From assembly GCA_021775105.1 (NCBI GenBank), contig JAJFIJ010000027.1:1-55542 (forward strand): DNA of 55,542 nt, written 5' to 3'. Positions 45,849 through 54,750 of the stretch are shown piece by piece. The position numbers and the translations under genes were made by a program. The notes beneath the pieces were generated by a model that had not been told where the DNA came from, searched no databases, and worked only from the letters and a program-made list of their open reading frames with translations. The first letter of the stretch is position 1. Every line of letters starts with the position of its first letter. Source of the DNA: Rhodospirillales bacterium. GTDB taxonomy: Bacteria; Pseudomonadota; Alphaproteobacteria; Rhodospirillales; Casp-alpha2.

Positions 45849-45874
45849 GGCCGGTATAAAGGTATCTACCGGCC
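45849..45874 (+). other. Perfect 8-bp stem hairpin between soxS and soxR
   Basis: GGCCGGTA-taaaggtatc-TACCGGCC; no T-tract follows. Confidence 0.4.
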
Positions 45875-45926
45875 AACAAATTTCAATCGTTCCTGCCTGA
45901 ATGGGAACCCATAGGAATATCGAACG

Positions 45927-46247
45927 ATGGACATTGAAGAACTAACACTGGAAGACCCGAAGAAAGCGAGCAGCTTTCTCAAGGCGCTGGCCAATGATAA
46001 CCGCCTGGTGATCGTCTGCACGCTCGCCAATGGTGAAAAGAACGTCAGTGAGCTGGAAGAAATTCTGGGCATCCGGCAACCGACCCTGTCCCAGCAACTT
46101 GCCCGGCTGCGCTCTGACGGCCTTGTTGAAACCCGTCGGGAATCGAAACAGATATACTACAGCCTTGCCAGCAAGGAAGCAGAACGCGTCATTCGTATGC
46201 TTTGTCTGCCGAGAAAAGCCCAGGTCGCAATCAAGGACAGTGATTAA
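45927..46247 (+). CDS. soxR: ArsR-family repressor SoxR
   Basis: 'LKALANDNRLVIVCTLANGEKNVSELEEILGIRQPTLSQQLARLRSDGLV' wHTH, in sox context. Confidence 0.7.
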   Translation: MDIEELTLEDPKKASSFLKALANDNRLVIVCTLANGEKNVSELEEILGIRQPTLSQQLARLRSDGLVETRRESKQIYYSLASKEAERVIRMLCLPRKAQVAIKDSD

Positions 46248-46263
46248 ACATCAGGTTTGCAAC

Positions 46264-46902
46264 TCAGCTTTTCCAGTCAGGAATTGGCTTTCCGGCATCC
46301 TTGTAAGATGCCATTTTGGCCTTGAGATAGGCTCTGAAATCCTCTTTCTCGTAGGCCTTGTCTTTCACAAACTGAAACATGGTCAGAAAATGAAACGGCC
46401 TGAAGTAGCCGGGCATACGGGCAATTTCCGGCTTCGCCCTGTCAGGGCCTGACAAGCCTTCAAGCGATTCGGGGAAGAATTGAATGGTCGGGGTAAACCG
46501 GACGCCGTTAGCCCTCGCAAAAGCCTTCTCGCTCATATTTTCACCATCAAACCCGGTGACCTCGCGCGACCCCTTGACATCGAGTTGAACGATTATGAAG
46601 TTTTCCTGCACGTATTCGCGAATTTCCGGGATACCAAAATTGACGAAGTGAGTTTCACGGCAATACGGGCAACCTTCCAGCTCCCACATCAAAGCGAAGC
46701 GTTTGCCCTGATCATTGGCTTCCTTAAGATCGTCGACAACTTCAAGAAAGCTTTCAAGAAACCAGGGTTGCGTATAATGACCATTTTCTCCAAGCACCGG
46801 CTCATACTTGGCAGCCTTTGCCGCAAAAACCGGGGGCGGGGAGATGGCAACTCCCGTCGCAGCTCCTATCGCCAGAGAGTTAAAATGCCGTCTGCTTATC
46901 AT
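46264..46902 (-). CDS. soxW: Periplasmic thioredoxin SoxW
   Basis: Tat-like leader 'MISRRHFNSLAIGAA', 'WELEGCPYCRETH' CxxC, sox context. Confidence 0.7.
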   Translation of the reverse strand: MISRRHFNSLAIGAATGVAISPPPVFAAKAAKYEPVLGENGHYTQPWFLESFLEVVDDLKEANDQGKRFALMWELEGCPYCRETHFVNFGIPEIREYVQENFIIVQLDVKGSREVTGFDGENMSEKAFARANGVRFTPTIQFFPESLEGLSGPDRAKPEIARMPGYFRPFHFLTMFQFVKDKAYEKEDFRAYLKAKMASYKDAGKPIPDWKS

Positions 46903-47044
46903 TTTCCATTCGCCTCCGACGCCTGATCCAGTTCGAAAATATCATATTCATCTTTAATATAGTATCATTTATCACTACTATCGTTAAGGAAATATCGAGT
47001 GGCATACCCGCTTGTTCACCTGAGTTGACCGGAGATCAACGATC

Positions 47045-47773
47045 ATGTTTCGACTTCTGTCTGCTGCGCTGTTAACCGTCGTCATCGGGTTTGCTCCAAC
47101 CAGATCGGTGGCTGCGCCCGTACATGATTTTCATGCCGCTGTCGCTGATGCTTACACCCATTACCGCGAAGCGGGGTTTTACCTGCGCACGGGAAACCCC
47201 ATGGTTGCATCGTTCGGCTTGCAAGACATGAGCGACAAGTGGCAAGCCATTATAAAATCGTTCGCCAAATCTCCGCCCGGCATTTACGCCAATGATAAAT
47301 CCTGGGAATCGACGTTGACGAAAATCGGCAAGCACGTTCAGGATGGTCTCAAGGCGACGGAAGCAGGCGATCTTGAAGCGGCGCAAAAATACATCGTCCC
47401 GGTTCGCGGTATCCTGTCCAATCTGCGTGCAAGAAACGGGGTGTTTCTGTTTTCCGACCGTGTCGACCGGGCCAATGCGGCGATGGAAGATATCTGGAAA
47501 TTCCGCCACAACCCACCCGACTTTTCAAAACCCGATGAGGTGAACGAACTTCGTCAAAAAACAACCTTGATGACCTACTGGTATGAGCGCTGTCGTGACA
47601 CAGCATCTGATCAGGTTAAAAACGATCCACAATTCAGGCGTCTCGTTGACAGAACACTCTATTCTCTGGGGCGAATGTGGGTCGCCATAGAAGAGAAAAA
47701 CCAACTTTCCGTAATCAATATCCTGCGCGAAATGCGCTCATCCGACCGGCTGCTGTATTTACAATTCGGATAG
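47045..47773 (+). CDS. Hypothetical periplasmic, probably all-helical protein embedded in the sox cluster
   Basis: Signal peptide 'LLSAALLTVVIGFAPTRSVAA/PV'. No motif recognised. Opposite orientation to both neighbours (soxW, soxV). Confidence 0.65.
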   Translation: MFRLLSAALLTVVIGFAPTRSVAAPVHDFHAAVADAYTHYREAGFYLRTGNPMVASFGLQDMSDKWQAIIKSFAKSPPGIYANDKSWESTLTKIGKHVQDGLKATEAGDLEAAQKYIVPVRGILSNLRARNGVFLFSDRVDRANAAMEDIWKFRHNPPDFSKPDEVNELRQKTTLMTYWYERCRDTASDQVKNDPQFRRLVDRTLYSLGRMWVAIEEKNQLSVINILREMRSSDRLLYLQFG

Positions 47774-47785
47774 AATTTTTACAAA

Positions 47786-48532
47786 TCAACCCACCCGGCC
47801 TAATGCCGGGAAGGCTTCGAGCAGCCAGTAGGCCAGTTCCGAGAAGGTGCCAGTCAGGAACATCGTGCCGGTCAGCACCAGCAGAACGCCGATAATACGC
47901 TCCAGTGTCTGCATGTGGCGGCGAAATTTTTTCATGAAACCCATGAACGGTTTGACGGCTAGGGCCGCCAACAAGAACGGTATTCCGAGCCCGGCAGAAT
48001 AGACCGCCAGCAATGATGTTCCGTACGTCACCGAATCCTCGCTGCCAGCAACGAATAGAATCGCCGCCAGCACCGGCCCGACGCAAGGGGTCCAGCCAAA
48101 GGCAAAAGCCAGACCGATAATGTAAGCACCAAACAGACTGGTGGGCTGGGTGTTGGTTTGAATGCGCGTATCGCGATAGAGGAACGGTATTCTCAAAACA
48201 CCGATGAAATGAAGGCCAAGGACAATAATGATCACCCCGGCGACCTTTGCCAGATAATCCAGATAGTCGGCGACAAGCTGTCCCAGCGCCGATGCTGTTG
48301 CACCAAGAGATATAAAAACGGTCGAGAAACCGAGCACGAAAAACACGGCAGCGGCGAACACCTTCCTGGTCATCTGGCGGGAGTTATCGTCATCTTCCGT
48401 CATTTGGTCGAGCGTAATGCCGCCGAGGAAACACAGGTAAGGTGGCACCAGCGGCAATACGCAAGGAGACAGGAAGCTCAAAATTCCGGCTCCCAATGCA
48501 CCTGCATATGAAACGTCAAAACCGTCCATCAT
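47786..48532 (-). CDS. soxV: CcdA/DsbD-like membrane thiol-disulfide electron transporter SoxV
   Basis: 'FLSPCVLPLVPPYL' and 'GWTPCVGPVLA' motifs, 6+ TM helices, immediately downstream of soxB. Confidence 0.8.
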   Translation of the reverse strand: MMDGFDVSYAGALGAGILSFLSPCVLPLVPPYLCFLGGITLDQMTEDDDNSRQMTRKVFAAAVFFVLGFSTVFISLGATASALGQLVADYLDYLAKVAGVIIIVLGLHFIGVLRIPFLYRDTRIQTNTQPTSLFGAYIIGLAFAFGWTPCVGPVLAAILFVAGSEDSVTYGTSLLAVYSAGLGIPFLLAALAVKPFMGFMKKFRRHMQTLERIIGVLLVLTGTMFLTGTFSELAYWLLEAFPALGRVG

Positions 48533-48556
48533 TATCCCCGACTGTGATCCAGCAGA

Positions 48557-50245
48557 TCAACCACCTGTGATCCGGATATTGGTATTTTCTTCAACGCTGA
48601 CTTCACCCGCGTTTTCGATATAGCTTTTGACCAGGTCGTAGATCGGCGGGCCTTCGGTTCCTTCATTGACCGAAGCCCAGCCGGCAACGATATAATTTTT
48701 TTTCGGATCGATCGCCTTGCCGGTCGCAAGCTGGGTCAGGCTGGATACCCGCTGCCCCATGGATTTGCCAATATCGAAGCTGTATCCCATGCCGCCGACC
48801 CGAACCATATCGCCCCCCTGCTGATAATAGGGGTCCGGGTTGAACAGGTTATCACCAACATCTTCCAGAATTTCTTTCAGAAAGGCACCGGTCATTTCCG
48901 TTCGGTAAGCGTTGGGATAGGTGATAGCCGTCTGGTTGAAGACATCTTCAACCGTAATGTCCTGTTCCGGCAATATACTCGATCCCCAGCGGAACCCCGG
49001 CGACAGGGAAATTTCCGCATCGCGCTCTTCAAGCAGGGCCTGACAGATCAGATCATCGAAGGTGCCGTTGAAATTACCACGTCGGTAAAGCAGCGATTTG
49101 CTTTTTCCCAGAACCCGGCTGAGTTCCGCTTCATGCGGAGCGCGAATATTCTTGATGATTCCAGCCATTTCCGGATCGGGTGTAATGACATCGGAAAATA
49201 CCGGAATCAGGCGGAAGGAATAGTCGGTTACCTTGCCGCCATCGACCTGAAGATCAAGTCGGGCGAGGAATTTACCATGCGATCCGGAGGCCACCAGCAG
49301 TGTGTTATTGACCTTGATGACCTCGGGAATCGCATCATGCGTATGACCAGTCAGAATGACGTCGATGCCATCGACCCGGGACGCCAGTTTACGGTCGACA
49401 TCAAAGCCGTTGTGGCTCAGCAGGACAACCAGTTCGGCCCCGTCAGCCCGCGCCGCCTCAACCCGTTTACGAACCAGTTTTTCACGGATACCAAATGACC
49501 AGGACGGAATCTTGTAGCGCGGGTTGGCGACTGGAGTATAGGGGAAAGCCTGACCGACAACGGCGATCTTTACACCGCCACGTTCGTAGGTAGTGGTTGA
49601 TTCAAAAACCTCTTCTTCCCATTCCGTATCCTGAACATTACCCGCCAGAAACGGGAATTTCAGTTCATCAATCAGTTCTTTTACCCGGTCCGCACCATAG
49701 GTAAATTCCCAATGTGCGGTCATCGCATCAACACCCAGCGCATTCATGGCATCAACCATATCCTTGCCACCGCTTTTGAGCGACGTGTAGGACCCCTGCC
49801 AGGTGTCTCCACCGTCCAGCAACAGAGTGTTGTTGGGGCGCTCTGCCCGGATTGCCTTGATCAGCGTTGCCATGCGGTCCAGACCGCCAACACGACCATA
49901 AGTTCCGGCGAGGGCCGTAAAATCTTCGTACGTAAAGGCATAAGCCTGCGCTGATCCACCTTCCAGGCCAAACCGGGTCATTAAATCCTTGCCGGTCAGA
50001 TGCGGAGGCAGACCATGGGCATCGCCGACGCCAAGATTGACGGACGGTTCCCGGAAATAGAGTGGCACCAGTTGCGCGTGGCAATCGGTGAAATTCAGCA
50101 GTGTAACCTGTCCTTTGGGCTCAAACGCCAGCAGGTCTTTCTGGGTCAGGCTCTGTCTGGCAGCTGCCCGGGGCATATTTCCGCCCACACCTGCAAGCGC
50201 TGCTGTGGCGGCGGCAACTTGAAGAAATTGACGACGGTCAAGCAC
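48557..50245 (-). CDS. soxB: Thiosulfohydrolase SoxB (dimanganese 5'-nucleotidase-fold)
   Basis: Tat leader 'LDRRQFLQVAAATAALAG', 'LLNFTDCHAQL', 'LLLDGGDTWQGS', 'VVLLSHNGFDVD', 'ILTGHTHD'. The GTG at 50245 sits 8 nt after AGGAG; the ORF-track start at 50254 is too close to it. Confidence 0.92.
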   Translation of the reverse strand: MLDRRQFLQVAAATAALAGVGGNMPRAAARQSLTQKDLLAFEPKGQVTLLNFTDCHAQLVPLYFREPSVNLGVGDAHGLPPHLTGKDLMTRFGLEGGSAQAYAFTYEDFTALAGTYGRVGGLDRMATLIKAIRAERPNNTLLLDGGDTWQGSYTSLKSGGKDMVDAMNALGVDAMTAHWEFTYGADRVKELIDELKFPFLAGNVQDTEWEEEVFESTTTYERGGVKIAVVGQAFPYTPVANPRYKIPSWSFGIREKLVRKRVEAARADGAELVVLLSHNGFDVDRKLASRVDGIDVILTGHTHDAIPEVIKVNNTLLVASGSHGKFLARLDLQVDGGKVTDYSFRLIPVFSDVITPDPEMAGIIKNIRAPHEAELSRVLGKSKSLLYRRGNFNGTFDDLICQALLEERDAEISLSPGFRWGSSILPEQDITVEDVFNQTAITYPNAYRTEMTGAFLKEILEDVGDNLFNPDPYYQQGGDMVRVGGMGYSFDIGKSMGQRVSSLTQLATGKAIDPKKNYIVAGWASVNEGTEGPPIYDLVKSYIENAGEVSVEENTNIRITGG

Positions 50246-50321
50246 GATCAGCACTCCTAATAACTCGGGGGATGCGACTCATGCCCGCACCCCCCGTTTT
50301 TCTGTTTCCAATTATGACGTC

Positions 50322-51134
50322 CTAGTTGCGAACGGCGGGTGCCTCAACCGGCAAACCCCGGCCGCGCCAGGCGACGTAGAGTTCCAGATTGTTATATTCG
50401 TCCGAACCGGCTTTATACGGCGTGGCGCGAACATTTTTATTGCACCCGCGGAAACGACGATGAAGCGAACCTGGCTTCTGCCACTTCAAACGGTATGTCG
50501 GAAAACCGTTGCTCTGGCCTTCCGAAAGCAGATTGGCACGGGCGTAATTTCCGGCATTGTCTTCATGACAGTTCTTGCAGGACATATCCAGTTGACCACG
50601 GCGCTGATTGAAGAACTTCTTACCCTTCTCGAAGAAAGGCGCGGCGTTCCCGTCAATGGCGACATTCATGGGCTTACCATGCGACTGATTACGCACATAG
50701 ATCGTCATCCCGAGAAGCTGTGGCGAGTCATACTTCCAGGCCTTGGCCTTCATGTTTTCAGTGCGGCAGCGGTTGATTCGCTGTTCAAGGTTGATCAGCT
50801 TTTTGGTCTTGAAGTCAAATTTCGGGTAGCTGGTCCCGACACTACTCATGGTCTTGGCTGCATCAGAATGGCATGACGCACAGGCTTTTCCAGCGTCGCC
50901 TTCCTTTTTGGTCCACAGCGTTTCCCCCTGATCCAGCCAGATACTTGCCGGATTGGAAAAATCGTCATCCTGCATGGCTCGTGTCTCAGCCGCCGCATAG
51001 GTATATCCACTGCGGCGGTCATCAACTTCATACTTACCCCAGTTTTTTTCACTCGCCGACGCACCAATTGGCAGCACCAGAAGCGAGAGAGCAAACCCAG
51101 CAAGGGTCAATACTCGTGCTTTTACTTTACGCAT
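50322..51134 (-). CDS. soxA: Diheme cytochrome c SoxA
   Basis: Signal peptide, heme sites 'CASCH' and 'CKNCH', conserved 'RFRGC' Cys region. Confidence 0.9.
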   Translation of the reverse strand: MRKVKARVLTLAGFALSLLVLPIGASASEKNWGKYEVDDRRSGYTYAAAETRAMQDDDFSNPASIWLDQGETLWTKKEGDAGKACASCHSDAAKTMSSVGTSYPKFDFKTKKLINLEQRINRCRTENMKAKAWKYDSPQLLGMTIYVRNQSHGKPMNVAIDGNAAPFFEKGKKFFNQRRGQLDMSCKNCHEDNAGNYARANLLSEGQSNGFPTYRLKWQKPGSLHRRFRGCNKNVRATPYKAGSDEYNNLELYVAWRGRGLPVEAPAVRN

Positions 51135-51147
51135 GATGTTCCCCTGT

Positions 51148-51477
51148 TTATGTGACTGTTATTTTTGTAGATTTTTTGAAAACCGCACCGGAATCGTCCG
51201 TCCACGTCATATCCAGCGAACCACTGGCTTCGGCCTTTACGTAGAAGGCCATATACGGGTTGGCGGAAACTGCCGGATGCCAGTCACTGGTAAAAATGTC
51301 CTTGCCGTTATAGCTACAGACAAATTTGTTGATGACCATCCGCGGAATCTTTTTACCGGTCTTTTTGTCTTTACGCTGACCCGATTCCATCTTGTGAGAG
51401 ATCAGGGTTTTAACCTCGAACACCTCACCTTTTTTTGCTTTTTTCGGCGCTTTCACGCGTGCTTTAGCTTTTGCCAT
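51148..51477 (-). CDS. soxZ: Sulfur-compound chelating protein SoxZ
   Basis: 109 aa, 'GEVFEVKTLISHKMESGQRKD...NKFVCSYNGKDIF', between soxY and soxA. Confidence 0.88.
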   Translation of the reverse strand: MAKAKARVKAPKKAKKGEVFEVKTLISHKMESGQRKDKKTGKKIPRMVINKFVCSYNGKDIFTSDWHPAVSANPYMAFYVKAEASGSLDMTWTDDSGAVFKKSTKITVT

Positions 51478-51497
51478 TTTCTTTCTCCCTTACCCGT

Positions 51498-51977
51498 TCA
51501 GCCGCCGCAGCCGCCAATGGTGACCTTGACTTCCGATTTTGCCATGTAGACAGACCCGTCATTCATCTCCGCAACGGCGATGACGTTCTGGGTTTTTGCC
51601 ATACGCATACGGGTTGAGCATTTGGCCCGTCCGCATCCCGGCGTGAAGTGGAAGACAGCGACATCCGGGCTTGGGTTTTTATCGGCAAACACATGCACGG
51701 TTTTGACGTAGTTACTGTCCGACATTGGGCTTTCAACTTCGAAACCGATGGGAACAGTATTTCCGTTTTCAGCGATCTGCGGCAGATCAAGGGTGATTTT
51801 TCCGCTTGCCGGTGATTTGCCACCAGCCGCTTTCTTGACTGCTGCAGCCGCCGAAGCGGCATCAGCCTGCGCCAGATTGGGAAGCAGGCTTGCAACAACA
51901 CCGGTGATAGCACCCGCGCCTACAATTTTAATCATATCGCGCCGGTGCACCGGCTTCATTTCGATTTTCCTGACCAT
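51498..51977 (-). CDS. soxY: Sulfur carrier protein SoxY
   Basis: Tat leader 'HRRDMIKIVGAGA' and diagnostic C-terminus 'GGCGG'. An alternative ATG lies at 51959. Confidence 0.92.
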   Translation of the reverse strand: MVRKIEMKPVHRRDMIKIVGAGAITGVVASLLPNLAQADAASAAAAVKKAAGGKSPASGKITLDLPQIAENGNTVPIGFEVESPMSDSNYVKTVHVFADKNPSPDVAVFHFTPGCGRAKCSTRMRMAKTQNVIAVAEMNDGSVYMAKSEVKVTIGGCGG

Positions 51978-52041
51978 GGAAATCTCCTGAACGTTTATCA
52001 GTTGGTTTTCTGCCGGATCTGGTGGTGATCCAACGGGACTA

Positions 52042-52497
52042 TTATTTCAGTGTCATCAGGTAAGCGACGATATCTTCGACGTCCTGAGCGCCGATGATGG
52101 TTTTACCGTCAAATTTCTTGAGTGACCGATGAAAGCCGGATTTGCGATAAAACGCCGGCATAATCGTGTCTTCATTGATGACTTTCGGATCAACAATGCG
52201 CAACCGAAGTTCGCCTACCGAATATCGACTAGCGACCCCTGCGAGGTCAGGTCCGATATTACCATGAAAGGCCTGTTCCGGGATGGGCATTTTGTGGCAC
52301 GCCAGGCAATTGCCCTTCTTGCGATGAATTGCAAGACCACGTCCCTTTTTTGCGTCACCGGCTTTTCCGGTTAGTGATTTATCGATGCGGCTATCGTCAG
52401 TGACCATATATTCACTGGCATTTGCGGCACCACCGACACCAACAGCAACACTGAATACTACCCCTAGCGCGGCTGCAGTTAAGGTTCTCTTTATCAA
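52042..52497 (-). CDS. soxX: Monoheme cytochrome c SoxX
   Basis: 'GNCLACHKMP' heme site, 'IMPAFY'. The TTG at 52497 is preceded by GGAGGAG and yields a signal peptide 'IKRTLTAAALGVVFS'; the ORF-track start at 52560 seems too long. Confidence 0.85.
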   Translation of the reverse strand: MIKRTLTAAALGVVFSVAVGVGGAANASEYMVTDDSRIDKSLTGKAGDAKKGRGLAIHRKKGNCLACHKMPIPEQAFHGNIGPDLAGVASRYSVGELRLRIVDPKVINEDTIMPAFYRKSGFHRSLKKFDGKTIIGAQDVEDIVAYLMTLK

Positions 52498-52635
52498 AGC
52501 CTTCTCCTCCTTCTCCCATGAAATCTTCCGCCGCGCATCCGGCTGACCGTTATCGGTCATTTTTTCCCTTGCGCACGATGAGGCGAAACATTCCCCGTAG
52601 AATTCATCATATTCAAAAAATGTAAAATATCAAGA

Positions 52636-52654
52636 GTCAATGCAAGTTAATTAC
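52636..52654. promoter_or_regulatory. Half-site-like sequence upstream of soxX related to one arm of the 45253-45300 palindrome
   Basis: GTCAATGCAAGTTAATTAC versus GTCAATTGCTTTTAATTAC: 14 of 19 positions identical by hand alignment. Confidence 0.3.
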
Positions 52655-52816
52655 CTACAACCCTAATTCTGCGATTGATTATTACCAACTGCAGAAAAAT
52701 TTCAGCGTTGCCGGAAAGCGGCATGCAATCCGCATAAGCGTGTTTCACGACTTGCATGAACGTCCTGCGGTTTGCATTAATTCAGCAACACAGAAGTATC
52801 TGTCTGCATTCTTGCC

Positions 52817-54061
52817 TTAAGCAGCGACCTCATACTTACGTGGGCGGCCGAGATAATCCAGCGCCTGCGACAGGTCTTCAAGGATATCATCAGGAGTTTC
52901 CAATCCGACCGACAGGCGAATCAATCCGTCCGATATGCCATGTTCCAGACGTTCCTCGGACGTGTAGGTTGAATGGGTCATGCTGGCCGGATGCTGGATC
53001 AGGGATTCGGCATCACCCAGACTGACGGCGCGCTGCACCAGTTCAAGCGCGTTCATCATCCGGATGCCTTCCTCAATACCGCCATCAAGTTCAAACGCGA
53101 TCATGCCGCCAAAACCGGACATCTGGCGCCGGGCCAGATCATGTTGCTCGAAACTTTCCAGACCGGGGTAATAGACCTTCTGCACGGCACGATGCTGTTC
53201 CAGCATGTCGGCAACCTTCCCCGCCGTCGAAACGTGACGGTCCATGCGCACCTCCAGCGTTTTCAGCCCCCGCATAACCAGCATTGCATTGGATGGTGCC
53301 AGCACCGCACCGGTCATGTCTTTCAGGCCGAACAGACGTATCTCGCCAATATCCGCCGCCGCCCCGACAACGACGCCGGCAAGCAGGTCTCCATGACCAC
53401 CAAGATATTTGGTTGCCGAATGAACAACCAGATCGGCCCCAAGCTCGATTGGCCGTTGCAGATAGGGTGTCGCATAGGTGTTGTCGACAACGACCTTGCA
53501 GTTCCGGGTGTGGGCGATTTTCGATACCGCCGCGATATCAACCAGTCGCATGTTTGGATTGGCGGGCGTCTCGAAATAGACAACCCTGGTCTTGTCACTT
53601 ATCGCGCGCTCCAGGTTTTCCGGTAGCGTCAAGTCAACGTGGGTGATGGTGATCCCGAAGCGGCTAAGACCAGAACGCATGAACGCAAAGGTGCAGCCAT
53701 AGAGCGTCTTATCAACGATGATTTCTTCACCGGGCGTCAGCAGAGTCCACAATGTTGAGGTGATTGCCCCCATGCCGGACGCCGTCGCAAGCCCGGCTTC
53801 AGCCCCTTCCAGCGACGCCATACGCTGCTCGAGGATGTCGAGCGTCGGGTTCGAAATGCGTGAATAAAAATGCCCCTTGCGTTCACCTGCAAACATCTCC
53901 GCTCCGTGTTCAGCGGTATCAAATGTAAATGTCGAGGATTGATGCAAAGGTGGTGTCAGCGCACCGCCATGCTCTCCCGCGTCATAGGCTTCATGGATGG
54001 CACGGGTGGCAAACCCTGAGGGGCGTTGATTGTGTGAATTTGTGATGGATTTGGCAGACAC
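52817..54061 (-). CDS. megL: Methionine gamma-lyase (Cys/Met-metabolism PLP enzyme)
   Basis: 'YSRISNPT', 'LYGCTFAF' (the Cys-containing motif I associate with MGL), PLP Lys in 'HSATKYLGGHGD'. Divergent Lrp/AsnC regulator. Confidence 0.78.
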   Translation of the reverse strand: MSAKSITNSHNQRPSGFATRAIHEAYDAGEHGGALTPPLHQSSTFTFDTAEHGAEMFAGERKGHFYSRISNPTLDILEQRMASLEGAEAGLATASGMGAITSTLWTLLTPGEEIIVDKTLYGCTFAFMRSGLSRFGITITHVDLTLPENLERAISDKTRVVYFETPANPNMRLVDIAAVSKIAHTRNCKVVVDNTYATPYLQRPIELGADLVVHSATKYLGGHGDLLAGVVVGAAADIGEIRLFGLKDMTGAVLAPSNAMLVMRGLKTLEVRMDRHVSTAGKVADMLEQHRAVQKVYYPGLESFEQHDLARRQMSGFGGMIAFELDGGIEEGIRMMNALELVQRAVSLGDAESLIQHPASMTHSTYTSEERLEHGISDGLIRLSVGLETPDDILEDLSQALDYLGRPRKYEVAA

Positions 54062-54174
54062 AGGATTTCTCCGGATGCGGAGGAGCCCATCCGCTATAGG
54101 TACGGCTCCCTATGACCTGAAGTATAGCAAAATTGGTGCGCAAAGTGCTTGCGTAGTTTGCCTGCATTTTTATC

Positions 54175-54199
54175 TATTTTGGCAATTTTTGCCAAAATA
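54175..54199. promoter_or_regulatory. Perfect 11-bp inverted repeat (3-nt spacer), candidate Lrp/AsnC operator
   Basis: TATTTTGGCAA-ttt-TTGCCAAAATA in the divergent megL/lrp intergenic region. Confidence 0.5.
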
Positions 54200-54258
54200 T
54201 GATAATTAACTGCGTTGAAACCTTCAAATTTTACAATTAACGCAATCGGAGACCCGAA

Positions 54259-54738
54259 ATGGATGCGACAGACAGGAAGATCATTCGCCAACTCCAGATG
54301 AATGCGCGGCTGACCAATAATGATCTGGCCGAACGCATCAACCTGTCGCCGTCACCGTGCCTGCGCCGCGTCCGCAACCTTGAACGCGATGGCGTGATCG
54401 AGGGGTATACGGCGGTTGTTGATCAGGAAAAATACGGTCTCGCGCTGAATGCTTTTGTCCTGATCAGACTGGAAAGGCAGACCGAAGATCTGATCAATGC
54501 CTTCGAGGCGCATATTCAGGATATCGACGAGGTGCTGGAATGTTATGTGATGACAGGCCCCAGCGACTACTTCCTGCACATCGTCAGCGACAGCCTGAAG
54601 TCTTATGAAAAATTCATGAAACAGCGCCTGACCAAAGTGCCGGGCATCGGTTCCATCGAAACCAGTTTCGCCTTCGGCAAGGTCAAGAAAACCTCGACCT
54701 TTCCACCGCTCTCCCATTTCGAGGAGGATTTTGTATGA
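54259..54738 (+). CDS. Lrp/AsnC-family transcriptional regulator
   Basis: 'DRKIIRQLQMNARLTNNDLAERINLSPSPCLRRVRNLERDGVI' HTH plus a RAM/ACT-like domain. Confidence 0.92.
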   Translation: MDATDRKIIRQLQMNARLTNNDLAERINLSPSPCLRRVRNLERDGVIEGYTAVVDQEKYGLALNAFVLIRLERQTEDLINAFEAHIQDIDEVLECYVMTGPSDYFLHIVSDSLKSYEKFMKQRLTKVPGIGSIETSFAFGKVKKTSTFPPLSHFEEDFV

Positions 54739-54750
54739 GGATCGGATTCT

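Noticed and set aside
52973-53626. 217-aa plus-strand ORF
   Set aside because: It is antisense to the methionine gamma-lyase gene, which has the PLP-Lys and YGCTFAF motifs.
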